Part shown: positions 28,817-39,736 of the stretch, piece by piece
Position numbering within the stretch: the stretch's first letter is position 1
Layout: every line of letters begins with the position of its first letter
DNA from: Thermoproteota archaeon
GTDB lineage: Archaea > Korarchaeota > Korarchaeia > B14-G2
NCBI GenBank assembly: GCA_037917675.1
Contig: JAVCBW010000005.1
Coordinates: 64,001-128,000, forward strand
Reading direction: 5' to 3'
DNA: 64,000 bases
Notes under the pieces: model-generated
Seen by the model: only the letters and a program-made list of their open reading frames with translations
Told to the model about the DNA's origin: nothing
Databases searched by the model: none
Made by a program: the position numbers and the translations under genes

Positions 28817-29401
28817 GAAAGCTACTATAGCCTTCCTAACCTCTCTGGAGACGACCTCAATAGGAGGAGAGCTATCTACTATGATACAGTCCTCCTCTTC
28901 TGCGAGCTCTAGATACCTTTCCCTCACTCTCCTGAGAGTATCTAGATCCTCGAATAGCTCTAGCTTACCCCTCTGCTGCCTCAGCTTCCGCTCCATAGCT
29001 AGCTGAGGGTCGATGTCAAGCAGTATAGTTAGATCAGGCCTTCCAACTTGGCTGTTTATAGCACGAATCCACCTGATGTCAGCGTATAGAGACTGGTAGG
29101 CATAGGAAGACAGCAGATACCTCTCACAGACGACATCATAGCCTGCTTTTAGGCTCGGAAGTATCAAGTGGTGATAGTGCTCTACTCTGTCAGCTGCAAA
29201 CAGCAACGCTAAAGTCCTCATGTCAATCTTAAGCTCCTTCTTAAGAGCCTTCCTTATCAGGGAGCCTATCAAGCCTCCTGTTGGCTCAGCTGTCTCCACC
29301 ACTCTTCTTCCAGAGCTTCTGAGCCACTCTGCTGCTATCTTAGCCTGAGTAGACACTCCAGCGCCATCTATTCCCTCAAATGCTATGAAGATACGCCTCA
29401 A
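28802..29401 (-). CDS. tmk: Thymidylate kinase
   Basis: FEGIDGAG.STQ, EPT, LLFAADR, ERY..SS.AYQ, PDL. Confidence 0.93.
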   Translation of the reverse strand: MRRIFIAFEGIDGAGVSTQAKIAAEWLRSSGRRVVETAEPTGGLIGSLIRKALKKELKIDMRTLALLFAADRVEHYHHLILPSLKAGYDVVCERYLLSSYAYQSLYADIRWIRAINSQVGRPDLTILLDIDPQLAMERKLRQQRGKLELFEDLDTLRRVRERYLELAEEEDCIIVDSSPPIEVVSREVRKAIVAFLKQP

Positions 29402-29492
29402 GGCCTACACCAGAGTACTCGACACATCTGCTAGAGCCTATAGCTGCTAGTGTACAAGTTAATTATAAGGTGCATTACTGCTATAGGTTAGC

Positions 29493-30860
29493 ATGAGAGA
29501 GATAGTGCATCCAGTTGATTACAGGTATGGGTCAAGTGAGATGAGGCATGTTTTCAGCAGAGAGCATAGGCTCGAGCTTATGCTAAGAGTGGAGGCTGCA
29601 CTAGCTGAGGCGCATGCTGAGTTAGGTAACATACCTGAGTGGGCGGCTAAGGCCATCTCAGAGAAGGCTACACTCAAGCATGTAAGGCTAGAGAGAGTCG
29701 ATGAGATAGAGAGGGAGATAAAGCATGAGACAATGGCTGTCGTGAAGGCTTTAGCTGAGGTGTGTGGTGAAGCAGGAGGATACGTGCACTTTGGAGCAAC
29801 ATCAAATGACATATTAGACTGCACGCTCGCCATCCAAATTAAGGAGGCAGCGGAGATAATCGAGAGCAGGCTGGTTGAGCTCCTTAGGGAGCTGGCTCAG
29901 CTAGCAGCCGTATATAAGGAGACTATCTGCTTGGGGCGTACCCATGGGATAGCTGCCTTACCAGTTACTTTTGGATTTAAAATGGCTGTCTTTGCATCAG
30001 AGTTCAAGAGGCACCTGATAAGGCTACGTGATGTGGTAGATAGGGTTTGTGTCGGCAAGATGAGTGGAGCAGTAGGTACCATGGCAGAGTTCGGTGAGAA
30101 GGGGCCTGAGCTCCAGAGAAAGGTCATGAGAAAGCTCGGGATCAAGCCTGCTGAGATATCTACGCAGATAGTCCCCAGAGACCTCCTTGCTGAGTTTATA
30201 TGCTACCTAGGGCTGCTATCCTCCAGCTTAGATAAGCTCGCTAATGAAATAAGGAACCTGCAAAGGACAGAAATAGGAGAGGTTGAGGAGCCGTTTGAGA
30301 GAAGGCAGGTTGGCAGCTCCACCATGCCACACAAGAGGAACCCTGTCAGCTGTGAGAAGGTTTGTGGCCTGGCTAGGGTTGTTAGGGGGCTTGTGCTAGC
30401 TGCTCTAGAGAATGTGGTCTTAGAGCATGAGAGAGACCTAACTAATAGCTCATGTGAGCGTGCTATAGTGCCTGAAGCCTGCCTCCTTGTCGACGAGCAG
30501 CTTAGAACTATGGTCAGAGTCCTCAAAGGGCTTGTGGTCCATGAGGACAGGATGCTTAGAAACCTGCTTTCTGTCAGAGATCTGATCATGTCTGAGGCTA
30601 TCATGCTTGAGGCTGTGAGGAGGGGAGCTGATAGGCAGAAGATGCATGAGGTAATTAGACGCCTAGCCATGAGTGCGATAGAGGGAGGCAAGAGCTTTAG
30701 GGAGCTGCTGAAGCAGAGCAGCGAGATTAAGGAGTATTTCGCTGAGGAGGAGATAGATGAGATGCTAGATCTACGTAGATACATAGGGCTTGCTGCTGAG
30801 ATCGCTGAGAGGATTGCTAGCTCTGTTGCTGAGGCCTTAGGACCCGAGGAAGTCGCTTAG
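29493..30860 (+). CDS. purB: Adenylosuccinate lyase
   Basis: HFGATSND, GRTHG, GAVGT, GSSTMPHKRNP, HERDLTNS. Confidence 0.96.
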   Translation: MREIVHPVDYRYGSSEMRHVFSREHRLELMLRVEAALAEAHAELGNIPEWAAKAISEKATLKHVRLERVDEIEREIKHETMAVVKALAEVCGEAGGYVHFGATSNDILDCTLAIQIKEAAEIIESRLVELLRELAQLAAVYKETICLGRTHGIAALPVTFGFKMAVFASEFKRHLIRLRDVVDRVCVGKMSGAVGTMAEFGEKGPELQRKVMRKLGIKPAEISTQIVPRDLLAEFICYLGLLSSSLDKLANEIRNLQRTEIGEVEEPFERRQVGSSTMPHKRNPVSCEKVCGLARVVRGLVLAALENVVLEHERDLTNSSCERAIVPEACLLVDEQLRTMVRVLKGLVVHEDRMLRNLLSVRDLIMSEAIMLEAVRRGADRQKMHEVIRRLAMSAIEGGKSFRELLKQSSEIKEYFAEEEIDEMLDLRRYIGLAAEIAERIASSVAEALGPEEVA

Positions 30861-33413
30861 AGTCCTCTTCTCCCTCTCTATGACTGGCTTGTGCTCTATA
30901 CCAAGCTGGCTGAGTATGCTTGCAGCTATCCTTCTTCCTATTCCAGGTATTCTTGACAGCTCATCTATGCTAGCTGAAGCCAGGTCGCTTAGAGACCTAT
31001 AGCCTGCCTCATAGAGCCTTCTTGCTCTAATCCTGCCAACTCCCTCTAGCTTCACAAGCTCTAGTAGCTCTTCTCTGACACCATGTCTCACTCTCCTCTC
31101 GAGTAGGGAGGTTAAGGCTGATTCCTCCACAAGCCCTAGAGCTCTAGCTATCATTGAAGCTGCCTTTAGAAGCCAGCTTGCAGAATCTACTATCCTCGCT
31201 AGGTCACCTAGCTGTACATTCAGCTTTTCCTCGATCTCCCTCTCGCTTCTCTCGTTTATCCAGCTCACGAGTGCAGCAGTCTTCTTGACAGCTGATAGGA
31301 ATTCACCATACTCAAGCTCATCTAGGGCAGTAGAAACCTCTGGCTGCGGGAACTCCTCTGAGTGTGTGTAGTAGAAATCCAGTAGGCCTCTGACTTCACT
31401 TCTCCTCACAGGTAGGTCTTCCATGTCTGGTGCTGATGCCACCATGTAAATGAAGTATAGAGGAGTCTTCTTGGCTTCACGTAGCATACGCTGGAACAGG
31501 CTCGCTGACTTAGGATCTATATATGACTTAGCTGTAGCTTGGCCTAGCTTAGTTGCTGAAAGCATGTTATCCTTCCTTGATATGAAGCCACCAGAGGCTA
31601 GGTATTTGATCACCTTAGCTATGCTCTTCTGGACTGCTGTCTGGCCATATTGGATGGCGAACAGCGTCTTTGAGAACCTGAAAGCCACCTCGCTCCTGGA
31701 TATAGGCCCCCACGTTGCTATGACACCTAGCACATGCGACCTCAGAGCTGGTGGATTGGAGAGCTTTGATTCTATTGGCTCAGGCTCTCCTCTGATGTAG
31801 CTCTCGAATAGCGCTTCTAGCTCAGCTCTGGACTTAGCTATAATTACAGCCTCCCCCAGCTCATCATATCCTGGTCTGCCAGCTCTCCCACAGTTGTGTA
31901 CGATGACCCCCTCTACTATGTAGGCTGGAGTTGGAGCTAAAGTCAGGTTGTATACTCTCTCAGGGTAGCTTAACTCATGTAGCCATAGGACCTTAGCCCA
32001 CCTGACTCTGCTACCTTCTGCAAGAGCTATCTTAGATCCCTTGGAGAGGGAGGCTGCTGGAGCCCACCCTGCTGGTGTTAGAACTGGGTGCTCTGGGGTT
32101 ATAGCTATATAGCTGCTGCCAGCTTCAACCTCTATAATGTGGCTAGCTATTCTGCTGCCTGCTCTAGTTACGTAGCTAATGCTACCTGAACCTGGAGAAA
32201 GCAGCTGGTCTCCTAGCTTTAGGTCTCTGATCTCAGTTGGCCCATGTGGGGTATGTACTCTCATGTCTCCTGGTATGCACATTTGCTTATACTCCATTAC
32301 AGGTATAGGCCTCTGCCCTATTCCAGCTTCATATCTCCTATAGTCTCTGATGACTACTAGCCTAGCTGGAAGGTTTACTCCAGCTGCTAGAGTAGGTGTT
32401 GAGCACACTACCTTGATGCACCCCTCTCTGAAAAGGCTTTCAACTGTTTTCCTGGCCTCGTGAGGAAGCCCTGCATGGTGGAATGCTACACCACGCTTTA
32501 TGCAGTCTACTAGCTCCATTGTGGTTGGGGTTGCTGGCACCTTGCTCTCTAGATCTCTTATCGCAGAGTAAACTTCCTCAGCTTCCCCCTGTGAGAGAGC
32601 TATTTTGAGGCAGCGAGCCAGTCTCATTGCAGCTTTCTGGGCTCTTGACCTACTTCCATAGAAGACTAAAGCCTGTCCTCCCTTCCTTAGGTAGTGCTTT
32701 ACTAGCGCTTCTACTGGCTGGCTCACCTTAGCTTCTGAAAGAGATCTAGCACCTGTCTGATAGTGGACGGCTCCATCTAGGTATACTCCCTCTAGCAGGG
32801 GAACTGGCCTCCAGTTGCTCACTACAGGTTCTGCTTCAAGCCAGCTTGCTAGCTCACTTACATTGGATACTGTCGCGCTTAAGCCTATCATCTGGCAGCT
32901 AGGAGACTCAGCTTTCAGATTTGCTACTATGACCTCTAAGGTTCCTCCTCTCGTCTCACTTGAAGCAAGGTGTATTTCATCTAGGACTATGCAAGATAGT
33001 GCTTGTAGCATGCTAGGTGTGTGCCTGGTTAGTGAGTCAAACTTCTCATAGGTCGTGACAAGCAAGTCGCTTCTACCTGGGTCTGCATCCCTTGAAGTGT
33101 AGTCTCCGAGACTGATCGAAACCCTTATGCCGAGGCTGCTATAAGTCTCCTGAAACTTTTCATACTTCTCGCTAGCTATGGCCTTTAGAGGGGTGAGATA
33201 TACTGCTTTTCCTCCTCTTAGTATGTTGCTCACAGCAGCTATCTCTCCTACCAGCGTTTTCCCACTGGCTGTAGGCGCAGCTAGGAGAATGCTTTTCCCA
33301 TCTAGAACACCATGCCTGATAGCCTGCTCCTGAGGGGGGTATAGCTTGAGGTAGCCTGCCTTCAGGAGAGCTTCCTTGAGAGCTGGTTCTACTGGTAGTT
33401 CTTCTATCCTCAT
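30837..33413 (-). CDS. hel308: Hel308/Ski2-like SF2 DNA helicase with one mini-intein (spliced product 729 aa)
   Basis: PTASGKT, DEIH, LSAT, TLAAGVNLPA, QM|CGRAGRP, C-terminal HhH. Confidence 0.93.
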   Translation of the reverse strand: MRIEELPVEPALKEALLKAGYLKLYPPQEQAIRHGVLDGKSILLAAPTASGKTLVGEIAAVSNILRGGKAVYLTPLKAIASEKYEKFQETYSSLGIRVSISLGDYTSRDADPGRSDLLVTTYEKFDSLTRHTPSMLQALSCIVLDEIHLASSETRGGTLEVIVANLKAESPSCQMIGLSATVSNVSELASWLEAEPVVSNWRPVPLLEGVYLDGAVHYQTGARSLSEAKVSQPVEALVKHYLRKGGQALVFYGSRSRAQKAAMRLARCLKIALSQGEAEEVYSAIRDLESKVPATPTTMELVDCIKRGVAFHHAGLPHEARKTVESLFREGCIKVVCSTPTLAAGVNLPARLVVIRDYRRYEAGIGQRPIPVMEYKQMCIPGDMRVHTPHGPTEIRDLKLGDQLLSPGSGSISYVTRAGSRIASHIIEVEAGSSYIAITPEHPVLTPAGWAPAASLSKGSKIALAEGSRVRWAKVLWLHELSYPERVYNLTLAPTPAYIVEGVIVHNCGRAGRPGYDELGEAVIIAKSRAELEALFESYIRGEPEPIESKLSNPPALRSHVLGVIATWGPISRSEVAFRFSKTLFAIQYGQTAVQKSIAKVIKYLASGGFISRKDNMLSATKLGQATAKSYIDPKSASLFQRMLREAKKTPLYFIYMVASAPDMEDLPVRRSEVRGLLDFYYTHSEEFPQPEVSTALDELEYGEFLSAVKKTAALVSWINERSEREIEEKLNVQLGDLARIVDSASWLLKAASMIARALGLVEESALTSLLERRVRHGVREELLELVKLEGVGRIRARRLYEAGYRSLSDLASASIDELSRIPGIGRRIAASILSQLGIEHKPVIEREKRTLSDFLGS
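31893..32279 (-). mobile_element. Mini-intein (129 aa) in Hel308 motif VI
   Basis: Begins CIPGD, block B ITPEHP, block F VYNL, ends IVHN|C; removal restores YKQMCGRAGR. Confidence 0.92.
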
Positions 33414-33418
33414 CTCAG

Positions 33419-36400
33419 CTACCTTCTGGTCCTCATCACCCTGCCTGGAGCAGGCTCATATATCACACCTTGGTCATACTTCTCTCTATATACCCTCAGT
33501 ACAGCTCTCCTTATCTTCTCTGGGTCAAGCTCAGGGTTGCTGGCCTTAATCGCGTTAGTGACGCGATCTATCAGCTTGTCTCTTGGGACACCCATCCTTG
33601 ATACAGCTATCCCTGATTCAGCTGCCTCAGCTAGCATCTCATCTAGCACCCTGTCGAAAGTCTCTCTGACCATCACACTGGAAGAAAACACTCCTACATG
33701 CACTGCTCTTATGTCTCTTCTCCCTGTGAAGGGGTCTATTGCGACATCTGTGTACATAGCTTCCATCAGAGCTATAGCTGCTAGCGCGTCCTCTGCTGTC
33801 ACCTTGCTTCTCAGATGCATTCTTGCTCTGGCCATTGCAAGCCTAACTAGAGCCTCCAGCTGCCTTGGAGTGACTGCTAGAGACTTTTTCGTGTCTCTGC
33901 TTTCGTCTCTAAGCTTCACATAGTAGTCTTCAAGTATTTTGCTGGCTTCCTCCGTCATCTTCGGCATCACTTTCTGCCTGGCATGTGCTATGTACTTTCT
34001 TAAGAGCTCTGGTGGTATTATTGGTGTTGCTAAAGCCGTGTCTCCTCCTCTAGTCTTTAGAATATGCTTTGCTATAGCCCTGTCCTTCTGGGGCTCAGGG
34101 ACGTCATGTAGCCTCAAGATGAGGTCGAATCTCGATGTTATGGTCGGAGGGAGGTTCACGTTCTCAGTTATCGGGAGCTCTGGGTTATATATGCCATCCT
34201 TAGGGTTGGCGGCAGCTATTATCGTTGTCCTAGCATTTAACGTAGCTATTATGCCTGCTTTAGCTATGGATATCGTGTTGTGGAGCACTAAGCCGTCTCC
34301 TATGATGGAATGAGTAGGGTTAACCTGTATGTCATAGACCCACTTATCCTTATTTGGCTCTACACTCTTTGAGGAGACCTCAGCCCATGCTAGCTTAGAC
34401 TTTAGGAGAAACTCTGCTGACCTCACTACCTGAAGGCTCTTCTCTGTGAGGGGAGCTTTCCTTAATGCCTTAAGCACTTCTAACGCCTTAGTTCTGCTGG
34501 AGGATATAGCTTCTGAGGAGGCTGCTAGCCCTACCTCGTGAGCTAACTCAGCTAGGTGTTCTGCAAGAGGTTTAGGTAGCAGCCTGCAGCCTGGCGATAG
34601 GAGGGCAGGAGACCAGTCACCTACCTTTATGGAGCTAGCTGGGATAGTCTTTAGTATGCCATCTTCGCCCATAACGTAAACTGGGTGATCTGGTGTGACC
34701 TTCAGTATGCTGCCATTCGAGTACCTTATGGTGATGATGTTCTCTGGAGGCTTATGACGGCTTACTGCTGTAGCATCAGCTGGATAGATTCTTTTGAAGT
34801 CTGTTGTGAGAACTCTCAGCTGTCCCTTCTTTAGCTTGAGGATCTCGCAGTCTATGCCTTGCTCTACCCTAGCTCTCTCCTCTAGGAGAAGCTTGTCTAC
34901 TAGCTCTCCGATCTGGACGAGGTCTCCGCTCTCAAGCTTGATCAGCTGAGATGGGTGAAAGGACTGCTGTTCCATTGCTTCATGTATTGCTATCCTGTCA
35001 TTCCTATCCATCTTGTCAAACTCGTCTATAGCAGCTATTCCCCGGTCTGCTATGATAAGTGCACCAGCCTCCAGTGACCACCCTCCAGTCAGGGGGTCTT
35101 TGACTACAGCAGCAGTCAATCCAGCTGCTGTAGATCCCTTTCCAGTAGTATATATTGCTCTTGGAGCCACCTTAGCTATGAACTTGAGTATCTGGCTGTT
35201 ATGTAGAACTATGAAGTTTCCTATGAAGTTTAGAGTACTGCTGACCTGGACATCATAAACCCAGCCGTCACCTTCTACCTCAGAGATTTTCACTACCCTA
35301 TCCCAGCTTACATGTGAGGTAGCTATAGCCTTAGCAGTCTCTATGAGCTTCCTGTTCTCAGGGTAGGTGAGCTGCTTACATGCTCTTATCACGTCTAAGA
35401 GCTGCCCTCTTCTCAGCCCACACCTCTTAGCTAGCTCCCTTACATCTCTAGCTGACCTAGCTACATGAGGATTTGTCGCAGTTAATAGTATCTCCCTTGC
35501 TTCCTTCATTTTCTTCTCAGCTGCCTCTACTAGAGCTGCTAGATGCTCTCTTCTGATAGGCGCGTCTCCTCTCTCTACTCTAGCTAGTGTAGATGCAGGG
35601 GCATTTATCTCTCTATACTTGAGGCTAAAGTTCCTCTTGAGAGCTGAGACCAGTGAGGATACGCAAGGTATCTTTGAGCTTCCATCTAGTGTAGGCGAGT
35701 CATCGCTGTTTATGTGGCTTACTTGAGATCTGGTTAGAGTTATGCTGTGGCTATCATGCTCCTTTGCTACTACTCCAACTCTAAGCAGAAGCAGCCTTAG
35801 GTTATTGAGCGAGCTTCTGCTTTGAAGCCTTATCTTAATTGCCTTCCCTTCCTCATAGCAGCTCACAAACCCCTTAAGGAACGCTGCTATCTGCCTCCTG
35901 CTTGCTGAAAGCATGCTTTCAGGTACTCTTCTTCTCTTGGCTACTAGCTCAGGCACCTTCTCTTCAATGAGCTCACCAAGCTTCTTGGACCTCCAGTACA
36001 GTAACATGCTACGCTTCGATGTAGTTATGATCTTAACCTGGCTCTTCACCTCAAGCTTATCGAGAGCTTCCTTAAGCAGCTCTAGAGCTCTCTTGTTTGC
36101 CCTCAGCTTGAAAGTATACCAGCTCTTCGACTTCTTCACCTCACCTCTAGCTGCAAGCATACCAATCAGCGTGTACAGAAAGCTATCGTCTATGGACCTT
36201 GAGCGCAGAGGCTTCTGCTGTGGAGATGGGAGGAAGCCAAGTACTGCTATGTAGTCTCCTGGCTTGAGCTCTTCCGCCTTCACTGGCAGGAGAGCCCCGC
36301 CTTTGCTCTTGAAGAAGAGGTGGTCTGGTGTAACTTTGACTTCTAGCCCGGATTCCGTCCTGATTTTAAGCAGCTTCCTGTCTGCAGGCTTTCTGGCTAC

Positions 36401-37540
36401 AGCATCTGGTGTAGTGAATACAGCCTTTCCTTCTCTAGATATTGTGAGGACCTCTGGTAGATCTCCCATGTTATATAGCTCCTCTATGGTGATCAAGCCT
36501 TCTCTCGTTAATACTAGTGTGTCTCCTGTTACACACTTTGCTGTCCCTGGGTCGCCTACTAGGAGTATGTTGACTTCTCCTCTTATCCTTGTTCCATCAG
36601 GTAGCTCTATGGGTACTCCACCGAAGAGAGCGTATGCTATCCCCTTCTTGACTACTTCCCAGCCATATATTGATGGAGCTATTGACTGCACTATCAGCTC
36701 CTCTAGCTTCGGAGACCTCGCAAGCTCAAGTATCTTCTCCTCTTCCTCTGGAGTTATCTCTATCTGTTCGAACTCCCTTGGAGGAGTCTTCACTGAGTTG
36801 ACGTCTAGTATCATGTTGAAAATAACGTCTGCCTTACCTTTCCTCTTCTCTACTAGCCTAGGTACCCCTACTACTGTCACTCGGTCACCAGGCTTCACTA
36901 CATCGACCAAGTCATCTACGAGAATACAGTCTATTGAACGAGGCATTGTCCCGGGAGGGAGCTCCTCAGGCATCTCCTGAAGCTTTATCCTCTGCCAGTC
37001 TAAGAGCTTGCTTTCCTCTTGAACCAGCTTGAGCCCTCTGCTTCCACAGCTCTCACAGATCGACGGCTTAGAGAGCCACCTGCTTGGCTGGGGTACCTCT
37101 ACTTCTGCTCCACAGCTCTCACATCTGAACTTAGCTACATCAAGCTTGAAGGCTACCTCTGAGCATGATGTAACTATCCCCTTGACTGAGATAAGCTTGT
37201 TCAAGTGCTTAGATGACACACCTCTCAAGGGTATTTCAGCCATCAGGTCCACTATTCTTGGATAGAACTTTGTAGCCTCAGCATACTCTGGGTCTATTAT
37301 AGAGACTCTCCTCCTTATGACCTCAGATGCCGCTAGAAGCACCCTATCAGGGTTATCTACAAGCTCTCTGGCTAGCTTCACGTTAAAGCTCCAGAGATCT
37401 CTGTAGCTTATCTCAAGTGATTTCCTTCTATCAACAGACAGCTGTCCTATCTGCTCATAGTACTTCCTTCTCCCTGACTCGTCTCTGAACTCTATGAAAA
37501 ACTCCTCGAAAGCCTCTTCTATACTTCTCCTGTCCATCAA
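33419..37540 (-). CDS. mcm: Replicative helicase MCM with two inteins (spliced product 698 aa)
   Basis: Zn finger CESC...CESC, GDPGTAK|[25 protein letters not shown]|[18 protein letters not shown]. Confidence 0.96.
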   Translation of the reverse strand: MMDRRSIEEAFEEFFIEFRDESGRRKYYEQIGQLSVDRRKSLEISYRDLWSFNVKLARELVDNPDRVLLAASEVIRRRVSIIDPEYAEATKFYPRIVDLMAEIPLRGVSSKHLNKLISVKGIVTSCSEVAFKLDVAKFRCESCGAEVEVPQPSRWLSKPSICESCGSRGLKLVQEESKLLDWQRIKLQEMPEELPPGTMPRSIDCILVDDLVDVVKPGDRVTVVGVPRLVEKRKGKADVIFNMILDVNSVKTPPREFEQIEITPEEEEKILELARSPKLEELIVQSIAPSIYGWEVVKKGIAYALFGGVPIELPDGTRIRGEVNILLVGDPGTAKCVTGDTLVLTREGLITIEELYNMGDLPEVLTISREGKAVFTTPDAVARKPADRKLLKIRTESGLEVKVTPDHLFFKSKGGALLPVKAEELKPGDYIAVLGFLPSPQQKPLRSRSIDDSFLYTLIGMLAARGEVKKSKSWYTFKLRANKRALELLKEALDKLEVKSQVKIITTSKRSMLLYWRSKKLGELIEEKVPELVAKRRRVPESMLSASRRQIAAFLKGFVSCYEEGKAIKIRLQSRSSLNNLRLLLLRVGVVAKEHDSHSITLTRSQVSHINSDDSPTLDGSSKIPCVSSLVSALKRNFSLKYREINAPASTLARVERGDAPIRREHLAALVEAAEKKMKEAREILLTATNPHVARSARDVRELAKRCGLRRGQLLDVIRACKQLTYPENRKLIETAKAIATSHVSWDRVVKISEVEGDGWVYDVQVSSTLNFIGNFIVLHNSQILKFIAKVAPRAIYTTGKGSTAAGLTAAVVKDPLTGGWSLEAGALIIADRGIAAIDEFDKMDRNDRIAIHEAMEQQSFHPSQLIKLESGDLVQIGELVDKLLLEERARVEQGIDCEILKLKKGQLRVLTTDFKRIYPADATAVSRHKPPENIITIRYSNGSILKVTPDHPVYVMGEDGILKTIPASSIKVGDWSPALLSPGCRLLPKPLAEHLAELAHEVGLAASSEAISSSRTKALEVLKALRKAPLTEKSLQVVRSAEFLLKSKLAWAEVSSKSVEPNKDKWVYDIQVNPTHSIIGDGLVLHNTISIAKAGIIATLNARTTIIAAANPKDGIYNPELPITENVNLPPTITSRFDLILRLHDVPEPQKDRAIAKHILKTRGGDTALATPIIPPELLRKYIAHARQKVMPKMTEEASKILEDYYVKLRDESRDTKKSLAVTPRQLEALVRLAMARARMHLRSKVTAEDALAAIALMEAMYTDVAIDPFTGRRDIRAVHVGVFSSSVMVRETFDRVLDEMLAEAAESGIAVSRMGVPRDKLIDRVTNAIKASNPELDPEKIRRAVLRVYREKYDQGVIYEPAPGRVMRTRR
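34277..34963 (-). mobile_element. MCM intein 2 (229 aa, Ser1, no intact endonuclease)
   Basis: SFHPSQ start after [20 protein letters not shown]|T end. Confidence 0.92.
35198..36535 (-). mobile_element. MCM intein 1 (446 aa) in Walker A, with degenerate LAGLIDADG and an HTH-like insert
   Basis: CVTGDT start, VTPDH block B, VYDVQV block F, VLHN|S end. Confidence 0.93.
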
Positions 37541-37541
37541 C

Positions 37542-38015
37542 TCAGCTCCCTCCTGAAGCCTGCTGTATGGCAGTATCTACCAGGAGCCTAGCTAGCTTAA
37601 GTAGCACAAGCTCCTCTGGCGTAAGCTTACGCTCCTCGCTCTCGCTCACAGAAGGAGAGAGAGCCATCCTAAATACCTTTCTGAGCCTAGATCTCACTAG
37701 ATCCTCTAGGTACACCCTTTCTTTCCCTGCTAAATTGGGGGAGCTGAGTCTTAGCTGGGAGAAGAAGTCCTCTGGGAGAGGCTGAAGTATGTCCTGTACT
37801 CTCTCAAGCTCGAGCTTTTCAGGCAAGTCGAGATTCTCTGCCTCAGCTGGCTTTGCGACACCATGTTTAATGAGAACTGCTGCCAGCCATGTCGGCAGCT
37901 CCGATACATCACCTCGTGATACATCTACTCCAAGCTCATCCTGCACTTCCTGAGGAAGAGCATCCTCTAAGATCTTCACCCTGACAAATGTGTAATACTT
38001 TAGGATGGGTATCAT
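37542..38015 (-). CDS. GINS23 (Psf2/Psf3-like) subunit
   Basis: VRVKILED...GD..ELP.WLA..L B-domain, [17 protein letters not shown]; directly upstream of mcm. Confidence 0.8.
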   Translation of the reverse strand: MIPILKYYTFVRVKILEDALPQEVQDELGVDVSRGDVSELPTWLAAVLIKHGVAKPAEAENLDLPEKLELERVQDILQPLPEDFFSQLRLSSPNLAGKERVYLEDLVRSRLRKVFRMALSPSVSESEERKLTPEELVLLKLARLLVDTAIQQASGGS

Positions 38016-38041
38016 CTTGTCTTTAAGCGCAAGTATAAGGA

Positions 38042-38075
38042 CCCCCCAAATCTAATTGGGGGGAGAAAATAAAAG
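38042..38075 (-). terminator. Pyrimidine tract plus GC hairpin after the glutamate-synthase-like gene
   Basis: Minus strand: CCCTTTTATTTTCT then CCCCCCAA-N-TTGGGGGG. Confidence 0.5.
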
Positions 38076-38082
38076 GGTTGGC

Positions 38083-39675
38083 TTAGTCTAGTAGGATGTG
38101 CTCTATGAGAGCTTTCTCGACGTCTTCTAGCAGCGGTATCCCAGTTACCTTATAGGCTCTCTCAGTTAGGGATGCTAGATCCCCTCTGTCTATGAGATCT
38201 AGCTTCCACTTTCTGACACCTGCTATCAGCTGCTGCAAGCCTACCCTTATCCTGTCCCAGTAGGTGTAGAGGCCTATTGCTCCAACCGGGATCTCTTTGA
38301 CCCTCTCTCCGAACATCTGCTCTAAGTCATGGTATGTTATGAACATGGTTTCAGGCTTATCTCCATATAGCTCCTTGAACTTAGGTGGAAGCTTACCTTC
38401 TGAGGCTAGTTTGGTGAAGTACTTTGCCTTGAATACTGCTGTCAGAGGGGCTCTTGCTTGGGCTACTGCCTTTACGTAGGGCTTTCCTGTGAAGTTACTC
38501 ATTGCTATGGCCTTGAACAGCTGAGTTTCGTTTACAAAACCTCCTGCCACCACTATATCAGGAAGATATCTGCCATGTCTCCTCAGCAGCTCGCAGCAGC
38601 TGAGAACTTGTGCCTCAAGATACACAGTTGGCGTCCCACACTCCATCATCATAGGGACTGGGCTCATCCCTGTCCCTCCTCCTGCGCCATCAAAGGTTAC
38701 TGCATCTACCCTTGCCTCTGATGCAGCCTTCAGTGTGAATGCAACTACAGCAGGTCTGTATGACCCAGTTTTAAGGAAGACCTTCTTGGCACCCATCTCT
38801 CTTAGCTTCTCCACATCCTCTACAAAGGATTCTATGGTAGGCATGCCTACTCTACTATGCCTCTCGAATGTCCTGAACTCCCCTCTCTTGAATGCAGCCT
38901 GCACCTCCTTGTCCTCTGGATCAGGTATCACAATGTAGCCACGCTTCTTTAGCATTATAGCCCTCTCCAGCGAGCCTATCCTGACTTCACCTCCTATCGC
39001 CTTAGCTCCCTGCCCCCACTTCCTCTCTATGATGTCCACTTCTAGCTTAGATATCACATATTCATCTACACCTAGCCTCTGATCCTCTACATTTGTCTGG
39101 ACTGCTATGTCACCATGCTTCCCATCCCAAAACTTCCTGTAAGACTCTATTCTGAACTTCATGTCCTCACTATGCGTCACCTTGCCATTCGTTATCACGC
39201 TGTTAGGATCCATGCCGCAGACATTTTCTCCTACAACTTGTATTGTCCCTGATAGTGCTGCTCCAGCAGCCAGCCCATCCCAGTTCACTTTAGCTACTGC
39301 TGTGGAGCCTAGTGCAGCTATCATTAGAGGGATCTTCATTGGCACTCCACCTACGCTTGTTGAAACGTCGACATTTGGGAATATTGCTTTGTCTGGGTCT
39401 GGCTCTACCCCCTTAGCTCCTCTGACCTCGACAAGGATCTGAAAGTGGCTCCAATCTAGGCCATAGTCTTTGTTTGATGCTGCTGTGCTATGCCCGAACT
39501 CCTCTGCGATAGGATATAAGACCTCTCTGCCTCTGAATGCTGATAGACCTATCTCACAGAGGACAGGGCAGTGGTCTATGCATATGGGACACATTCCACT
39601 CTGCGGGCTAGGGTCTCTAACTCGCAGAGATGTGCCTGTAGTTGATCTGGCATTAGGGTATGAAGGTAGGCTCAT
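38083..39675 (-). CDS. FMN-binding glutamate synthase family protein (stand-alone, with N-terminal Cys cluster)
   Basis: CPICIDHCPVLCE, KWGQGAKAIGGE, LKTG, DGAGGGTGMSP, AGG. Confidence 0.85.
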   Translation of the reverse strand: MSLPSYPNARSTTGTSLRVRDPSPQSGMCPICIDHCPVLCEIGLSAFRGREVLYPIAEEFGHSTAASNKDYGLDWSHFQILVEVRGAKGVEPDPDKAIFPNVDVSTSVGGVPMKIPLMIAALGSTAVAKVNWDGLAAGAALSGTIQVVGENVCGMDPNSVITNGKVTHSEDMKFRIESYRKFWDGKHGDIAVQTNVEDQRLGVDEYVISKLEVDIIERKWGQGAKAIGGEVRIGSLERAIMLKKRGYIVIPDPEDKEVQAAFKRGEFRTFERHSRVGMPTIESFVEDVEKLREMGAKKVFLKTGSYRPAVVAFTLKAASEARVDAVTFDGAGGGTGMSPVPMMMECGTPTVYLEAQVLSCCELLRRHGRYLPDIVVAGGFVNETQLFKAIAMSNFTGKPYVKAVAQARAPLTAVFKAKYFTKLASEGKLPPKFKELYGDKPETMFITYHDLEQMFGERVKEIPVGAIGLYTYWDRIRVGLQQLIAGVRKWKLDLIDRGDLASLTERAYKVTGIPLLEDVEKALIEHILLD

Positions 39676-39736
39676 ATACCTGCTCACCGGAGTATAGGTG
39701 TAGATAAAAAATTTTTAACCCTCAGTGGTGGCGTAG

